NCBI GenBank assembly: GCA_041483895.1
Contig: JBGPGO010000007.1
Location: forward strand, 64,001 to 128,000
DNA from: Fimbriimonadia bacterium
Lineage (GTDB): Bacteria; Armatimonadota; Fimbriimonadia; Fimbriimonadales; JABRVX01
Direction: 5' to 3'
Length of the DNA stretch: 64,000 nt
A program made the position numbers and the translations under genes. The notes below the pieces were generated by a model. The model was not told the origin of the DNA and made no database searches. It was given only the letters and a program-made list of their open reading frames with translations. This document shows positions 47,348-57,841 of this stretch, piece by piece (position 1 is the first letter of the stretch; every line of letters starts with the position of its first letter).

Positions 47348-49885
47348 CTAATTGGCTTTTCGATACTTGATCAGCACCGATCCGGGCGATTTGTCGCTGT
47401 CCACGCGCAGGGTCGCAAGCTCCGCTCCGGTCAGCATCAGCTTCTTCTTTGCGTCAACAAACGTCACTTCATACTTTGCTTTCCGATCGAGACCGTGCAA
47501 GGCCACCTGAACTGTCGTGTATTGGCTCTTTGGACGCCGGAACAGCATCGCGAAGCCTTGGCCAAGATCCGGCCGATCGAATTGCCAACCACACCATTGG
47601 CTTTCATCCAAATTGACCGGCAGCAGCGGGTAGTAATCGCCGAGCCAAAGCGGACGCAGGTCCTTGACTTCCTCGGTGGCTCGTTTCGCCGCGTCGAACG
47701 CATAGTCGCCCTGCCAGATGTTCCCTGGGAGCACAACGGCGGTCGTCGCGACGCTTCGAAACGCATAGGGATCATAACTCCATGCTCCGGCGGAATGGAG
47801 CGGCATATAAAGGCTTAGACCCGCAGTCTGGCACTGATCCCAAGCGGACGAGACGGGAGGCGCGCACGTGGTGTCGCTGCGCCAAAGCGGATAACTGCGG
47901 CTAATCGTTTCAATGTCGATGCGGCGGCCACCGCTCGCGCAATTGTCGATCGTCAATCCGGGCTTTCTCGCGCGCAGCTCATCCCACATCGTGTAGAGCC
48001 CTTCGATGTAATGGTTTTCCGTGATGCCCTGGCGGTCCGGTTCGTCGGCGGCTTGCCAAAATCGAAGTGGAGCGATGTTGAAATCGTTTCGATAGACATC
48101 AACGCCCCAATCCGAGAGGCTTTTGGATAGGGTATCTGTGAGCCACTTCCGCGCAGCGGGATCGTCCAGTTTGAAGAGGCCATCCCAATCGGTCCCGTTC
48201 TGCAAGCGCACCCACTCCGGAAACTCGTTCGCAATTCGACTGCCCTTGCATACGCGCTCCGGTTCGAACCAAAGGATGAACTTCATACCGTTCTCGTGCG
48301 CTTTGTCTCCGAGCGGCTTTAGACCATGAGGAAAGGCGCTTTTTGGCACCCAGCTTCCCGCGCCGCCAGGCCACTCGCCTTCGAACCAACCCGCATCCAG
48401 CCAAAACATCTCGGCCCCGGTCTTCGCGATGCGCGGAATCTGCGAGAGCTGGTTCTCTTCATTGCACCAGTTCAGGGCTTGGTCGACCGCGAGCTGGCCC
48501 ATCATCGGGACGGCGACCTTTCCGTTGATGCGAGGCACATAGTGGGCAAGAAGGAGCCGACGGAGCAGATTGTTCCCGTGCAGACTGTCCGCGCCGCGCC
48601 ACGGGATGACAAGGATGCGTGGCGTCCGGATACTCTCCCCGGGATGAAGTTTGAGATGTGTGATCTGCTGCCCGGCCTGCAGCAAAATCTCGCGGGCCGA
48701 ATCGCGCTTTACGCGCATGGCCCACTGTCCGCTCCAGCCGATCGCTCCAATCAAGCCTCCTCCGTGCCATTCGAGGTTGAAGAACGGCAACACGCCATCG
48801 GATGAGCGTCCGCCGTTCGGCGCAAGGTTCAGCTCGGCGCTGGGAGCGACAGTTGTATCGAGCGGTATGAAGTCTGTGGAGTCACACGTGGAGCCGTTTG
48901 AGTGGTGCAGGATGATGTCGCCCTTTGGGGGAGTGGCGATGCGAAGGTCGAGAGCACGGATGTTCTCCAGTATCGGCGTGTCCTTCGCGCCGCTGTTGTG
49001 GAAACGCATGACCCATTCCGCGGCGGGGAAACCGGCGAAGACAGTTACCTCGCAGATGACCTCAAGTCCGGTTGCCGGGTCGGAGAAGGTGACAGTTTCG
49101 GTGTGCTTGCCGTTCTGGGTCTTGCCAACGGAGTTCGACCGCTTCCAGGTCGGCAAGAGCTTCTCCGAGGGCACACCGTCGTAAGTGAATGAAAACGGGA
49201 GGCCGGTGGCAAGGCGCGCGGGGGGAACCCGCACTGGCATTTCATCCAGCCAAACGCTATTGCCGTCTTCCAGCGCTACCTTTGCGTTTGCCCAATCGGA
49301 TTGGTCCCAGCCGATGCCGTCGCCCGAATCTGAGATCAGAAGCGTGAACTCCTTGGCGCCACCCAGGTCCAGATCGACGCTGACCGGCTGATCGCCGCCT
49401 TTCAGCACCGATGATCGAAATCTCTCTTTGCCTCCGACATCGACTGAGAAGACGACGGTGCCGTGCTTGCCTGCCGTATCCCAGTTGTTGTCGATGCCAA
49501 CCTCCGCATGAAACGACTTGCCGGGCTTGGCCAGGCGTACAACGATCTCGCTGTTGGCGTGCGCCCCCAAACCGTGTTCATAGTGTTTCGCGCCGATTTG
49601 GAGGGGAGTCAGGCGCACGGATTGGCGCAGGAGCAACTCGCCGGCATCCTGTCTTCGAGGCTCGAGACCAGGTGGGATGGGAAAGTCCGGCATCGGTTCA
49701 CCCAGCAAGGCTACGCGCGCCCAAGCATGCGCGTACTCAACCTCATCCAGAAGAGAAGCGGACGCAAGGTCCTGCGTTGATTCTGTCATCACATGTCCTC
49801 CCCCAGGGTCCCTTGATTGGCCGACCATTGGCTGCGCAAATACTATCAGTGCCGCGAGTCCGAAACCAAGATGCAAGCTTGCCAT
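47348..49885 (-). CDS. GH36 alpha-galactosidase-like protein with NPCBM/NEW2 domain (alternative start 49789)
   Basis: NPCBM: YEHGLGAHANSEI..FHAEVGID..GDGIGWDQSDWANA; GH36: FWLDAGWF, FILWFEPE, YRNDFN, IDNCASGGRRID, LWRSD. Confidence 0.88.
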   Translation of the reverse strand: MASLHLGFGLAALIVFAQPMVGQSRDPGGGHVMTESTQDLASASLLDEVEYAHAWARVALLGEPMPDFPIPPGLEPRRQDAGELLLRQSVRLTPLQIGAKHYEHGLGAHANSEIVVRLAKPGKSFHAEVGIDNNWDTAGKHGTVVFSVDVGGKERFRSSVLKGGDQPVSVDLDLGGAKEFTLLISDSGDGIGWDQSDWANAKVALEDGNSVWLDEMPVRVPPARLATGLPFSFTYDGVPSEKLLPTWKRSNSVGKTQNGKHTETVTFSDPATGLEVICEVTVFAGFPAAEWVMRFHNSGAKDTPILENIRALDLRIATPPKGDIILHHSNGSTCDSTDFIPLDTTVAPSAELNLAPNGGRSSDGVLPFFNLEWHGGGLIGAIGWSGQWAMRVKRDSAREILLQAGQQITHLKLHPGESIRTPRILVIPWRGADSLHGNNLLRRLLLAHYVPRINGKVAVPMMGQLAVDQALNWCNEENQLSQIPRIAKTGAEMFWLDAGWFEGEWPGGAGSWVPKSAFPHGLKPLGDKAHENGMKFILWFEPERVCKGSRIANEFPEWVRLQNGTDWDGLFKLDDPAARKWLTDTLSKSLSDWGVDVYRNDFNIAPLRFWQAADEPDRQGITENHYIEGLYTMWDELRARKPGLTIDNCASGGRRIDIETISRSYPLWRSDTTCAPPVSSAWDQCQTAGLSLYMPLHSAGAWSYDPYAFRSVATTAVVLPGNIWQGDYAFDAAKRATEEVKDLRPLWLGDYYPLLPVNLDESQWCGWQFDRPDLGQGFAMLFRRPKSQYTTVQVALHGLDRKAKYEVTFVDAKKKLMLTGAELATLRVDSDKSPGSVLIKYRKAN

Positions 49886-49991
49886 ATACTTCCCGCTTCC
49901 TCTGGGCGCTGTCCACTGCCACAACGACTCCGATTGTGACACTTCCCTGGCGGGTCGGTAAAGCAGTCGTACACGAACCGCAGGATCCGTC

Positions 49992-50180
49992 GATGCGACC
50001 GGTCTCCTCACCGAGTTGCAAACATGCGACATGAATCGAACCGTATGGCTCGCCCTCCGAATAGGTCATATGGGTCGTATATGTCGTATAGGTCCTATCG
50101 GCAGCGGGGGACTGGATTTGCGTCGATGCGACCGGTCGCATTGAGGAGAACTTGCGACTCGGTCAGGAGACCGGCCGCAT
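49992..50180. repeat. Composite intergenic repeat block: inverted A (49992-50020), 9-mer array (50061-50098), A-derived perfect palindrome (50126-50141), A (50153-50180)
   Basis: Direct sequence matches. Confidence 0.88.
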
Positions 50181-50185
50181 GGAGG

Positions 50186-50959
50186 CTATGGACTGACTGC
50201 GGCCGAGCCGATCGCCAGCAGAATTCCGTGGATGATGCTCCAGGGGTGCGGTGGGCAACCTGGCACAAATGCCGCGACCTGCAGATGAGGGGTCACGCCG
50301 TTCGCTTCGGCGTAGCCGCCACGGTGCAATCCCCCGCTAATTGCGCACGTGCCGACGGCGATCACGATCCGGGGCTCCGCCATGGCGTCAAAGCACCGAA
50401 GCAGTGGTTCTCGCATCGCCTTGCCAACCGGCCCGGTCACGAGCAGCACATCCGCAAACCGGGGAGAGGCGACGAAGTGGATTCCAAAACGTGAGCAATC
50501 GAAGATTGGGTTGGTTGTGGCTGCGACCTCGAGGTCCGTTGCGTTGCACCCGGTAGAGACCTCGCGGATATCCACAGATCGCCGGAAGGGCGCTTCGGTC
50601 ATGGGTAGGAGTTCCATGTCCGCCCTTTCCGGGGTCTGCCGCAGCACCAGGTCGCTTCGGTGGCGCACCGCGGTCCGGGTGGAGCGGTCGTGCACGATCG
50701 TCTTTGTTGGACAGGATTCGACGCATGCGCCACATGTTACACAGAGACCACGATCGAGCGCAACGGAAGGCAGTCCGGCCTCTTCCGCAATGGTGATCGC
50801 GCCGGTCGGACAGGCTTGGACGCAGCGGTTGCAGGTTTCCCCAAGACAGGGTTCTGAGGTCAGACATGGCAACCCCTTTGCGCCATCCGGCAGGTCCGGA
50901 AAGTTGGCGGCATCGGTGACGTGTCGTTGTTGCACCGCAAATAGGAAGGCGCTAAGCAC
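50186..50959 (-). CDS. Ehr/Hyf ferredoxin-like subunit fused to NuoB-like small subunit (HycF+HycG-like)
   Basis: CNRCVQACP, CVTCGACVESCP; VSTGCNA, FVASPRFAD, GTCAISGG, PGCPPHP. Confidence 0.85.
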   Translation of the reverse strand: MLSAFLFAVQQRHVTDAANFPDLPDGAKGLPCLTSEPCLGETCNRCVQACPTGAITIAEEAGLPSVALDRGLCVTCGACVESCPTKTIVHDRSTRTAVRHRSDLVLRQTPERADMELLPMTEAPFRRSVDIREVSTGCNATDLEVAATTNPIFDCSRFGIHFVASPRFADVLLVTGPVGKAMREPLLRCFDAMAEPRIVIAVGTCAISGGLHRGGYAEANGVTPHLQVAAFVPGCPPHPWSIIHGILLAIGSAAVSP

Positions 50960-50971
50960 CGTTTCTCACCC

Positions 50972-52468
50972 TCATAGGTCGTTCCCGCAATAGGATAGAT
51001 TGAAACTCTTGTTGATCAGTGGAAAGTCCGCAACAAGGTTGCGCCGCACGGCAATCGCGAGGCCGGTCCAGTTCTGAAAGCTGGGGTCTCGAATCGAATA
51101 GCGGGCGATCCCGCCCAGGCCGTCCGTCGTTATCCAGTGGATCAGTTCGCCCCGCCACGCCTCGACGATGCCGATCCCCACCCTCCCAGGAGGAAGGCTT
51201 TCTGGCGTATCAATCGAAGCGGGGCCGCTCGGAAGATCCGCGGAAACGCTTTCAAGGAGATTCAACGAGGCGAACAGTTCTTTACGGCGTACACGGGCGC
51301 GGGCAAGAACGTCGCCGGCCGGTTCGGTCGCGACCTCGATCCCTTGGGCGGGATATAGAGCGTGGGCGAAATGAGCGCGGGCGTCGTAGCGGCTGTTGCT
51401 GGCCCGCGCAACCGGGCCGACCATTCCAAACTCCGCGGCTAGGCTTGGGCGCAGAACTCCGACCCCCTCCATTCGCTCTTGAACGCCCGGGTTATCGAAG
51501 AGCAACTCGCATACTTCTTGGATTCCCGGCTTGAGCTCGGCAAGCCCTCGGATGAAAAGCCGCAGCTCTGCTTCGCCAACGTCCCACGCGACTCCGCCCG
51601 GACATACAAATCCGCGCTGAAATCGGGTTCCGGTCAAAGTTTGGCCGAGATTAAGTGCCGCGCCCCGCAGCCGCGCAAAAGCAGCCGCGCCAACGGCGAA
51701 GCCGATGTCCGAGCTCAAGCCGCCGAGATCGCCGAGATGATTGGCCAAACGCTCCGTTTCGAGCGCACTCGTGCGCAGCGCGCGGGCGCGCTTCGGCGTC
51801 TCGATTTGCCAAAGGGTTTCCAGCGCTTCCGAGTGAGCCAATGCGTTCGCTAAGGCAGAGTCGGAACTGGCGCTCTCCGCAACGTGGCGCGCGTGACGCC
51901 ACGGGACCTCGGCCAATCGCGCTTCGATACCACGATGTTGGTACCCCAAGCGAATCTCCAAGTTCGCGATCACCTCGCCGAGGCAGCTGATCCGAAAGTG
52001 GCCTGGCTCTATGATGCCCGCATGAATTGGACCGACGGGAATCTCATGGACCCCTTCCCCTTCAACAACCATGAACTCCGATATTCGTGGGGACAACGGT
52101 CCGTCCGACGGAATTGCCATCGGAAACTGATCAATGGGCCAGGCTTCGTGAAGGATCAGACTCTTCCAACGAGGGTGGCCGGCGGCGCGAAGACCCCAGA
52201 GGTCGCCGATCATGCGCTCGGCCGAATGTGCGGCGGGAACAGCGCTCGTTACCGAGGGAAATTCCGTACGGCCAAACGGAAGCTCGCAAAATATGACTTC
52301 AGTCGAGCCGGTGTCGATGTTTAGCAGCAGGGCTTCGAGCAACCGAACGCCGCCCTCTGACCGCCGGACCGTGAGATGCCCATATCGCCAGCCCTGCCGA
52401 TTCCTGCGTTCCAGTAGGGCGGATTGCCAGTTTGCCAGGTCAACTGATAGGGTGGTACCGCCGATCAA
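50972..52468 (-). CDS. Ehr large subunit (HycE/HyfG-like, NuoC+D fold) lacking NiFe cysteine ligands
   Basis: AERMIGDLWGL..GHP; PVGPIHAGIIEPGHFR; LGYQHRGIE; AESASSDS in place of RxCGxC; VEAWRGE; C-terminus DFPLINKSFNLSYCGNDL instead of DPCxxC. Confidence 0.88.
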   Translation of the reverse strand: MIGGTTLSVDLANWQSALLERRNRQGWRYGHLTVRRSEGGVRLLEALLLNIDTGSTEVIFCELPFGRTEFPSVTSAVPAAHSAERMIGDLWGLRAAGHPRWKSLILHEAWPIDQFPMAIPSDGPLSPRISEFMVVEGEGVHEIPVGPIHAGIIEPGHFRISCLGEVIANLEIRLGYQHRGIEARLAEVPWRHARHVAESASSDSALANALAHSEALETLWQIETPKRARALRTSALETERLANHLGDLGGLSSDIGFAVGAAAFARLRGAALNLGQTLTGTRFQRGFVCPGGVAWDVGEAELRLFIRGLAELKPGIQEVCELLFDNPGVQERMEGVGVLRPSLAAEFGMVGPVARASNSRYDARAHFAHALYPAQGIEVATEPAGDVLARARVRRKELFASLNLLESVSADLPSGPASIDTPESLPPGRVGIGIVEAWRGELIHWITTDGLGGIARYSIRDPSFQNWTGLAIAVRRNLVADFPLINKSFNLSYCGNDL

Positions 52469-53913
52469 GAATGGCCTCCCGGCTGCAACGCCTTCCCGAT
52501 AAACTCGAGCGCGGTGGGTGTCACCGCAAGAAACGCCGCCGCCGCGACCAGCAACAGCACCGACGGGTAGATCGGTCCCGGCGATCTCTGGCTCTCCGCG
52601 CGTCCAGGATTTCCGCCAAAAACGACGCGGCCCAAGTGAATGAGCACAGCCACAAAACTAACGGCCAGGCCGGCAACGAGCGCGATACCAATGCCCCAAT
52701 GCCGTCCGTCGGCAGCCTTTGCCAACAGCAACCACTCGCTTACAAATGATGCAAAGGGCGGCGCACCCATTACCGCGAGGCCTGCCGCAAGCATGGCGAA
52801 TCCGAGCCCCGGAGTCCGCCGCATCACGCCGGTGAGCTTGGAGAGCATGACGGTCCCATGGCCCTTCATAACGTTTCCGGAAAGAAGAAATGCGGAGGTC
52901 TTTGACAAGCTGTGAGCCAGGGCGTGCAATGCAAAGATCGGGGCCGCGCCTAGTCCGACCGCAACAGCGAGCAGACCCATGTTCTCGACGCTCGAATAGG
53001 CCCACATTCGCTTGAGGTCTCGTTGTCGAATCAAGATGATGGCGGCCGCGAGAACCGAGATGGCGCCCATCGGCGCGAGCAGGCCGGCGAGGAGGATACG
53101 AGATTCCGATCGCTCGACGATGCCGGCAATGCGCCACAGGGCGACCATCGCACAGTTGAGCAGCGCGCCGGAAAGGAGCGCGGAGGCCGGGGCCGGGGCT
53201 TCGCTGTGGGCGTCGGGCAACCAGTTGTGGACGGGAAAGAGGCCGGCTTTGGTTCCGTATCCAAGGACGAAGAATACGAACCCCGCCTCCAGCAATGAGC
53301 GCTTCAGGCTCGAAGCGTGTTCACTGAGCCAAGAGATGCTAAGACCTCCCTCCGCGCCACCGGCGCCCCCTGCTGCAGCCAAGAACAGCACGGTACCGAG
53401 CAACGCAAACGCGATCCCGACGCCACACAAGATGAGGTACTTCCAGGCCGCCTCAATGGACCTTCGCGATCCTTGCAGCAGGATGAGCGGCGCTGTGATC
53501 AGCGTGGTTGCCTCCATTGCGACCCATAATGCGCCAAGGTCCGCCGCGCAGACGACGGCGTTGGCCGCAACGATAAAGAGCGCCGCCAGCCCGAACAGCG
53601 CTCGTGCGGCCTTCTTGCTTAGGTGTAGTTCGTCGGGATTGTCGAGCAACAGCGCCGCGCTGACCATCGACGCACCGAAAACGATAGAATTGACGGCGAG
53701 GATCCATGCCGCGATCCCGTCGATCTGAAACCAGTTAAGGAACAATGGCCGGGCTTCGTGTCCAAAAACCGAAACGGCTACCCAGCCCGTTGCGACACTC
53801 TGAGCGACGCCACAGATGGCTCCGATCAGACGTATCCACTTCAGATCGTGGAGCAGCAGAGCGGAGGCTGCCAGCACTATCGGAAAGAAACCCAGAGCCA
53901 GCACGGTTGTCAT
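52465..53913 (-). CDS. hyfF: Ehr/Hyf antiporter-like membrane subunit (HyfF-like)
   Basis: LWVAMEATTL, EAAWKYLILCGVGIA, GYGTKAGLFPVHNWLPDAHSEAPAP, DLKRMWAYSSVENMG. Confidence 0.85.
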   Translation of the reverse strand: MTTVLALGFFPIVLAASALLLHDLKWIRLIGAICGVAQSVATGWVAVSVFGHEARPLFLNWFQIDGIAAWILAVNSIVFGASMVSAALLLDNPDELHLSKKAARALFGLAALFIVAANAVVCAADLGALWVAMEATTLITAPLILLQGSRRSIEAAWKYLILCGVGIAFALLGTVLFLAAAGGAGGAEGGLSISWLSEHASSLKRSLLEAGFVFFVLGYGTKAGLFPVHNWLPDAHSEAPAPASALLSGALLNCAMVALWRIAGIVERSESRILLAGLLAPMGAISVLAAAIILIRQRDLKRMWAYSSVENMGLLAVAVGLGAAPIFALHALAHSLSKTSAFLLSGNVMKGHGTVMLSKLTGVMRRTPGLGFAMLAAGLAVMGAPPFASFVSEWLLLAKAADGRHWGIGIALVAGLAVSFVAVLIHLGRVVFGGNPGRAESQRSPGPIYPSVLLLVAAAAFLAVTPTALEFIGKALQPGGHS

Positions 53914-54554
53914 TCGCGCAACTCTCGCATCTTGACAACGTCCATGTGCTCGAAGCTCTCCCGAACGCGAAACAGGACGATTCCGGCCAAGAGAACCCCG
54001 ATGAAGAGGTCGAATAGGATGCCCAACTCGATAACGACAGGCATTCCCGGTGTCTGAGTGGAGGCGTATGCGAAAATGCCGTTGTCGAGCACGAGAAACC
54101 CAATCAGCATTCCCATTGCCGATCGCCGGGTCATCATGATCATGAGGCCGATCAAGACGGTGGCCATCGCCAGCCCGGCGCTGGCGGAAAGGAGCCCGGT
54201 CGCCGAAAACCGTCCGCTCTGAAAATAGCAGACTGCCGTGGCCGCCGCGCCAAACGGCATCGCCAATCCGGGTCCAATCCCCACTCCTCGGTCCCGAACG
54301 ACTTGCAACCGGCAGGCGCTCCAATTCAAGAACACGGGAATTCCAATTGCCTTCAGCGCAATGACGGCGCAGCCAAGCCACTGCTCGCCCGGAGACCCTT
54401 CACTGATTCCTCGGAAGAGCAACAGCGCGCCCAAAGCCGCGCTTTGCGCAGCCAAACCCCATAGCATGCTCCGCACCCGAGTGACACCGAGCATCCAGAG
54501 TGAAGCCATCGTCGCTAGTCCGATGAGGTCTTGGAACTGTGTCAAGCCATCCAT
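53910..54554 (-). CDS. hyfE: Ehr/Hyf membrane subunit (HyfE-like)
   Basis: LAAQSAALG, LKAIGIPVFL, IGFLVLDNGIF, MPVVIELGILFD. Confidence 0.82.
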   Translation of the reverse strand: MDGLTQFQDLIGLATMASLWMLGVTRVRSMLWGLAAQSAALGALLLFRGISEGSPGEQWLGCAVIALKAIGIPVFLNWSACRLQVVRDRGVGIGPGLAMPFGAAATAVCYFQSGRFSATGLLSASAGLAMATVLIGLMIMMTRRSAMGMLIGFLVLDNGIFAYASTQTPGMPVVIELGILFDLFIGVLLAGIVLFRVRESFEHMDVVKMRELRE

Positions 54555-55478
54555 CTAGCTTCCCACCGCCGCCACGAAGGCGGACATGACTGCCAGCGCC
54601 GTAGAAAAAGCGACGAACGATGGAACGCGCCTCCAGTTGAGCTTGACAGCGATTCCCTCCAGAATCCCCAGCAAGAATCCGAGCAGCAGAATCATTCCGC
54701 CGGTAAGCATGGCCTGGAAGACACCCGGCCCAAGCGACGGACTCATCCAACCCAGCGTCATTCGAATGCCGATGCCGAAAAATACCGCCGTACGAAGGGC
54801 AACGGTCGTTTCGATGAGCGCAAGGCTGCGTCCGCTGTTTTCGAGAATCGTCGCCTCGTGGATCATGGTTAATTCCAGGTGCGTCGTCGGGTCGTCCACC
54901 GGCATACGCGAGAGTTCCGCCAAGGCCGCGACCAAAAACGCAGACCCGGAAAGTAAGGCCACGGTACTTCGAATCGGTGATTCCAAGGCGATCGACAGGT
55001 CCGTCGATCCGCTTGCAAGCGCGACAGCGGTCAAGCTCACCAGCACGCTTGGCTCTATCAGCACCGCCAATGCGACTTCGCGGCTCGCTCCAAGACCTCC
55101 GAACGCCGAACCGGTGTCCAACGCACCCAACACGGAAAAGAACCGAGCTGCCGCAAGGAGGTAGACGATCAGAATCAGGTCCGCCGCTCCCGTCCCCCTG
55201 GCCAATGGTTCCGCGCCTGTCCAGGGTACGACTGCCGCGACCAAGAGCGCAATACCGAACCCAACCAAAGGGTTCGCGCGAAAAACCCAGGAGGTGGTCG
55301 AGCTGATGGTCTCACCCTTCCGGAACCTCTTGGCGAGGTCGAAAAACGGTTGCAAGAACGGCGGTCCGGGCCTTCCCTGCATCAGCGCTTTGGTCTTGCG
55401 GATCACGCAAGTCAGCAGCAATGGGATGAAGATTAGTTCCGTCAGGTGCAATGTCCGCAGAGGCAACCCGGTCATCAT
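54555..55478 (-). CDS. hyfC: Ehr/Hyf NuoH-like membrane subunit (HyfC/HycD-like)
   Basis: KALMQGRPGPPFLQPFFDLAK, LDTGSAFGGLGASRE, AELSRMPVDDPTTHLELTMIHEA. Confidence 0.87.
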   Translation of the reverse strand: MMTGLPLRTLHLTELIFIPLLLTCVIRKTKALMQGRPGPPFLQPFFDLAKRFRKGETISSTTSWVFRANPLVGFGIALLVAAVVPWTGAEPLARGTGAADLILIVYLLAAARFFSVLGALDTGSAFGGLGASREVALAVLIEPSVLVSLTAVALASGSTDLSIALESPIRSTVALLSGSAFLVAALAELSRMPVDDPTTHLELTMIHEATILENSGRSLALIETTVALRTAVFFGIGIRMTLGWMSPSLGPGVFQAMLTGGMILLLGFLLGILEGIAVKLNWRRVPSFVAFSTALAVMSAFVAAVGS

Positions 55479-57436
55479 AGAACGCCCGCCAGCCACCAGA
55501 GCAACCCGAGCGTGATCACCATCCACATCAAGTATTGGTGAATGCTGCCCGCCTGCAGTCGCATGATGAACCCTTCGGACAGCCGCACGGCCGCTCCCAA
55601 TGCGGGCGAATAGACCCGCGACTCCAGATACGGCTCATGGCGCGACTCGGCACGGACCTCTGTTGGAAAATGCCGTCGCCCTTTCCCCTCGACTGCCACT
55701 TCCATCTCGTAGCGATACAGCGCACCGAACAGCCGCACAATCGGCTGCGCGAAGCTCGCAGCTGTGTATTGCGCGCGCGCCGGCAGAGCGCCGAAACCGC
55801 AGTCCCATGTGACATATTGCCGTGCGGGACGCCATTTGGCCAATCGAGTCATGGTGGCCCAGACGACGCCAATGACAGCGAGACCCGCAATCGTCATCGG
55901 AATTATGGGGAGACTGTTGCCGGATGCCTGCCGCGTTTGGACGAATCCCAGATCAAACATAGCCTGCCAAACCCGAGGCGCGCCCAGGCCCAGCGCCGCG
56001 CACAGAACAGCGAGGAACCCGCACGCCGCCGCCATTGCGGGACCGGCTTCGCGGGCTTTGGCAGCCTCTCTGCTGCGCGGCTGTCCAAGGAAACAGATTC
56101 CGAACGCCTTACCAAAACAGGCAAGGGCCAATGCGCCGACAAGGCCAACCCAACCCAGAAGGAGCACAGCCACCAACCTCAGCTCGCCGCTCGGACCGGA
56201 AGCGCCCATCTGGAAGAGTCCCTTGTACAGCAGCCATTCGCTGGCAAAGCCGTTTAAGGGCGGAAGAGCGCATATTGCGGCGCTTCCGACGAAGAACATC
56301 GCTGCCGTCCAAGGCATCCGGTGGATCAGACCACCCAAGCGATCCAACTCCCTCGTGTGAGCGTTGGCATCGACTATGCCCGCGCACAAGAAGAGCAAGG
56401 CCTTGAATATCCCGTGGTTCAAAGTATGAAATAACCCCGCAGCCAATGCAACGTCCGAAACAGCACGAAGTCCCGCTCCCCGCGCCACGAGAGATATTCC
56501 CGCCGCAAGGAGAATCAGGCCGATGTTTTCTACGCTGTGATATGCCAGCAGTCGCTTTAGGTCGTGCTGCAGCAATGCAAACAGCACTCCCCAGAAGGCG
56601 GATACGGCTCCCGCCGCAATCAGCGCCCATCCCATCCACGGAACTCCGATGCCGCCTAACAAAAACAGCCGAAAAATCGCATAAATCGCCGTCTTGATCA
56701 TCACGCCGCTCATGAGCGCGGAAACCGGGCCAGGAGCAGCTGGGTGCGCAATCGGCAGCCACAGGTGGAAAGGCCATGAGCCTGCCTTCGTCAGAAGACC
56801 GACGAGAATGAGCGCCGCCGGACCCGAGGCCTCGCCGCCCCGGATGATCCATTCCTGGAAATTCCATGATCCCGTCATCGCATGCGCCCAAAGAAATCCC
56901 GCCATCAAGAACGCTGAGCCGATCCGCGTCGCCCCCAGGTAAATGAACGCTGCCCGTCGAACAGCTTGCCGTTCATGCTCCGTGGCAACCAACAGGAACG
57001 AGGACAGTGCCATCAGTTCCCAAAATGCGAAGAACACGAGCGCGTTGCGTGCGATGACGACGCCTGCCATGCTGGCGAACAACAGCGCCAGACCCGACCA
57101 GACGAGCCCCGGACGCGCCCGTCCACGAAGATGTTGCAAATAACCAGGGAGATATATGCAGATTGGAAGTCCGACGACCCCTATCAGACCAAGAAACCAT
57201 CGGCTCAACGGATCGATGACGAAGCTGATGTCCGTCCCTGCCAAACCGATTCCAGCCGGCAGGGTGACGAGACCGGTCTTTCCGATAAACGCCGACAGCA
57301 GACACAGAGCGCAACCAGCGATACTTAGTACCCCCGCAACGCCAACACGACTCGCGGAGCGGAGCAGGCCCAGCAGACTCGCGATTCCAAAGATCGCCAA
57401 CGCGCCGACGACTATGGATGGCGAATCGAAGTTCAT
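55475..57436 (-). CDS. hyfB: Ehr/Hyf antiporter-like membrane subunit (HyfB/HycC-like)
   Basis: FWELMALSSF, KAGSWPFHLWLPIAHPAAPGPVSALMSG, DLKRLLAYHSVENIG, NHGIFKALLFL, LPPLNGFASEW, TWDCGF..AQYTAASFAQP. Confidence 0.88.
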   Translation of the reverse strand: MNFDSPSIVVGALAIFGIASLLGLLRSASRVGVAGVLSIAGCALCLLSAFIGKTGLVTLPAGIGLAGTDISFVIDPLSRWFLGLIGVVGLPICIYLPGYLQHLRGRARPGLVWSGLALLFASMAGVVIARNALVFFAFWELMALSSFLLVATEHERQAVRRAAFIYLGATRIGSAFLMAGFLWAHAMTGSWNFQEWIIRGGEASGPAALILVGLLTKAGSWPFHLWLPIAHPAAPGPVSALMSGVMIKTAIYAIFRLFLLGGIGVPWMGWALIAAGAVSAFWGVLFALLQHDLKRLLAYHSVENIGLILLAAGISLVARGAGLRAVSDVALAAGLFHTLNHGIFKALLFLCAGIVDANAHTRELDRLGGLIHRMPWTAAMFFVGSAAICALPPLNGFASEWLLYKGLFQMGASGPSGELRLVAVLLLGWVGLVGALALACFGKAFGICFLGQPRSREAAKAREAGPAMAAACGFLAVLCAALGLGAPRVWQAMFDLGFVQTRQASGNSLPIIPMTIAGLAVIGVVWATMTRLAKWRPARQYVTWDCGFGALPARAQYTAASFAQPIVRLFGALYRYEMEVAVEGKGRRHFPTEVRAESRHEPYLESRVYSPALGAAVRLSEGFIMRLQAGSIHQYLMWMVITLGLLWWLAGVL

Positions 57437-57816
57437 GTCGCCCGCTTTCGGCGAGTATTCTTGACCGGATTTTTCTTCAGAGCCGTTGGTTCGAGCTGCT
57501 CCATCATCTCGGCCATTTCGGCGATGCGCGCATAGCAGAATGCCCGGAGGGTGTTGAATACTTGCGTGATCGCCGGATCGCGGATCGAATACAGGACGCT
57601 ATTTCCGACCTTTCGCGGACTGAGGATGCCCTTGCTGCGAAGGATCGTCAGGTGCTGTGAAACGTTTGCCGGCTCGATGCCAAGTTGCCGGCACACCTCT
57701 CCCGAGGACAGCTCTCCATCGCGCAGAAGTTCAACGATAGCGACCCGTGTCGGATGCGCCAGCGCCTGAAACACTTCTGCCTTGTACCTCCGGATTGCTT
57801 CATCCATATTCATCAT
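57433..57816 (-). CDS. ArsR/SmtB family transcriptional regulator heading the Ehr operon
   Basis: KAEVFQALAHPTRVAIVELL..ANVSQHLTILRSKGIL..RKVGNSVLYSI; the longer ORF-track N-terminus is translated repeat DNA. Confidence 0.9.
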   Translation of the reverse strand: MMNMDEAIRRYKAEVFQALAHPTRVAIVELLRDGELSSGEVCRQLGIEPANVSQHLTILRSKGILSPRKVGNSVLYSIRDPAITQVFNTLRAFCYARIAEMAEMMEQLEPTALKKNPVKNTRRKRAT

Positions 57817-57841
57817 CCGTCTCGGCCATCGCCGAGAGAAA

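Noticed and set aside
49886..50032. 5' extension of the GH36 ORF including a repeat A copy
   Set aside because: A better start with a signal-like peptide lies at 49885, so this copy was not counted as intragenic.
50972..52468. NiFe hydrogenase / formate hydrogenlyase call
   Set aside because: Both Ni-binding CxxC motifs are absent.
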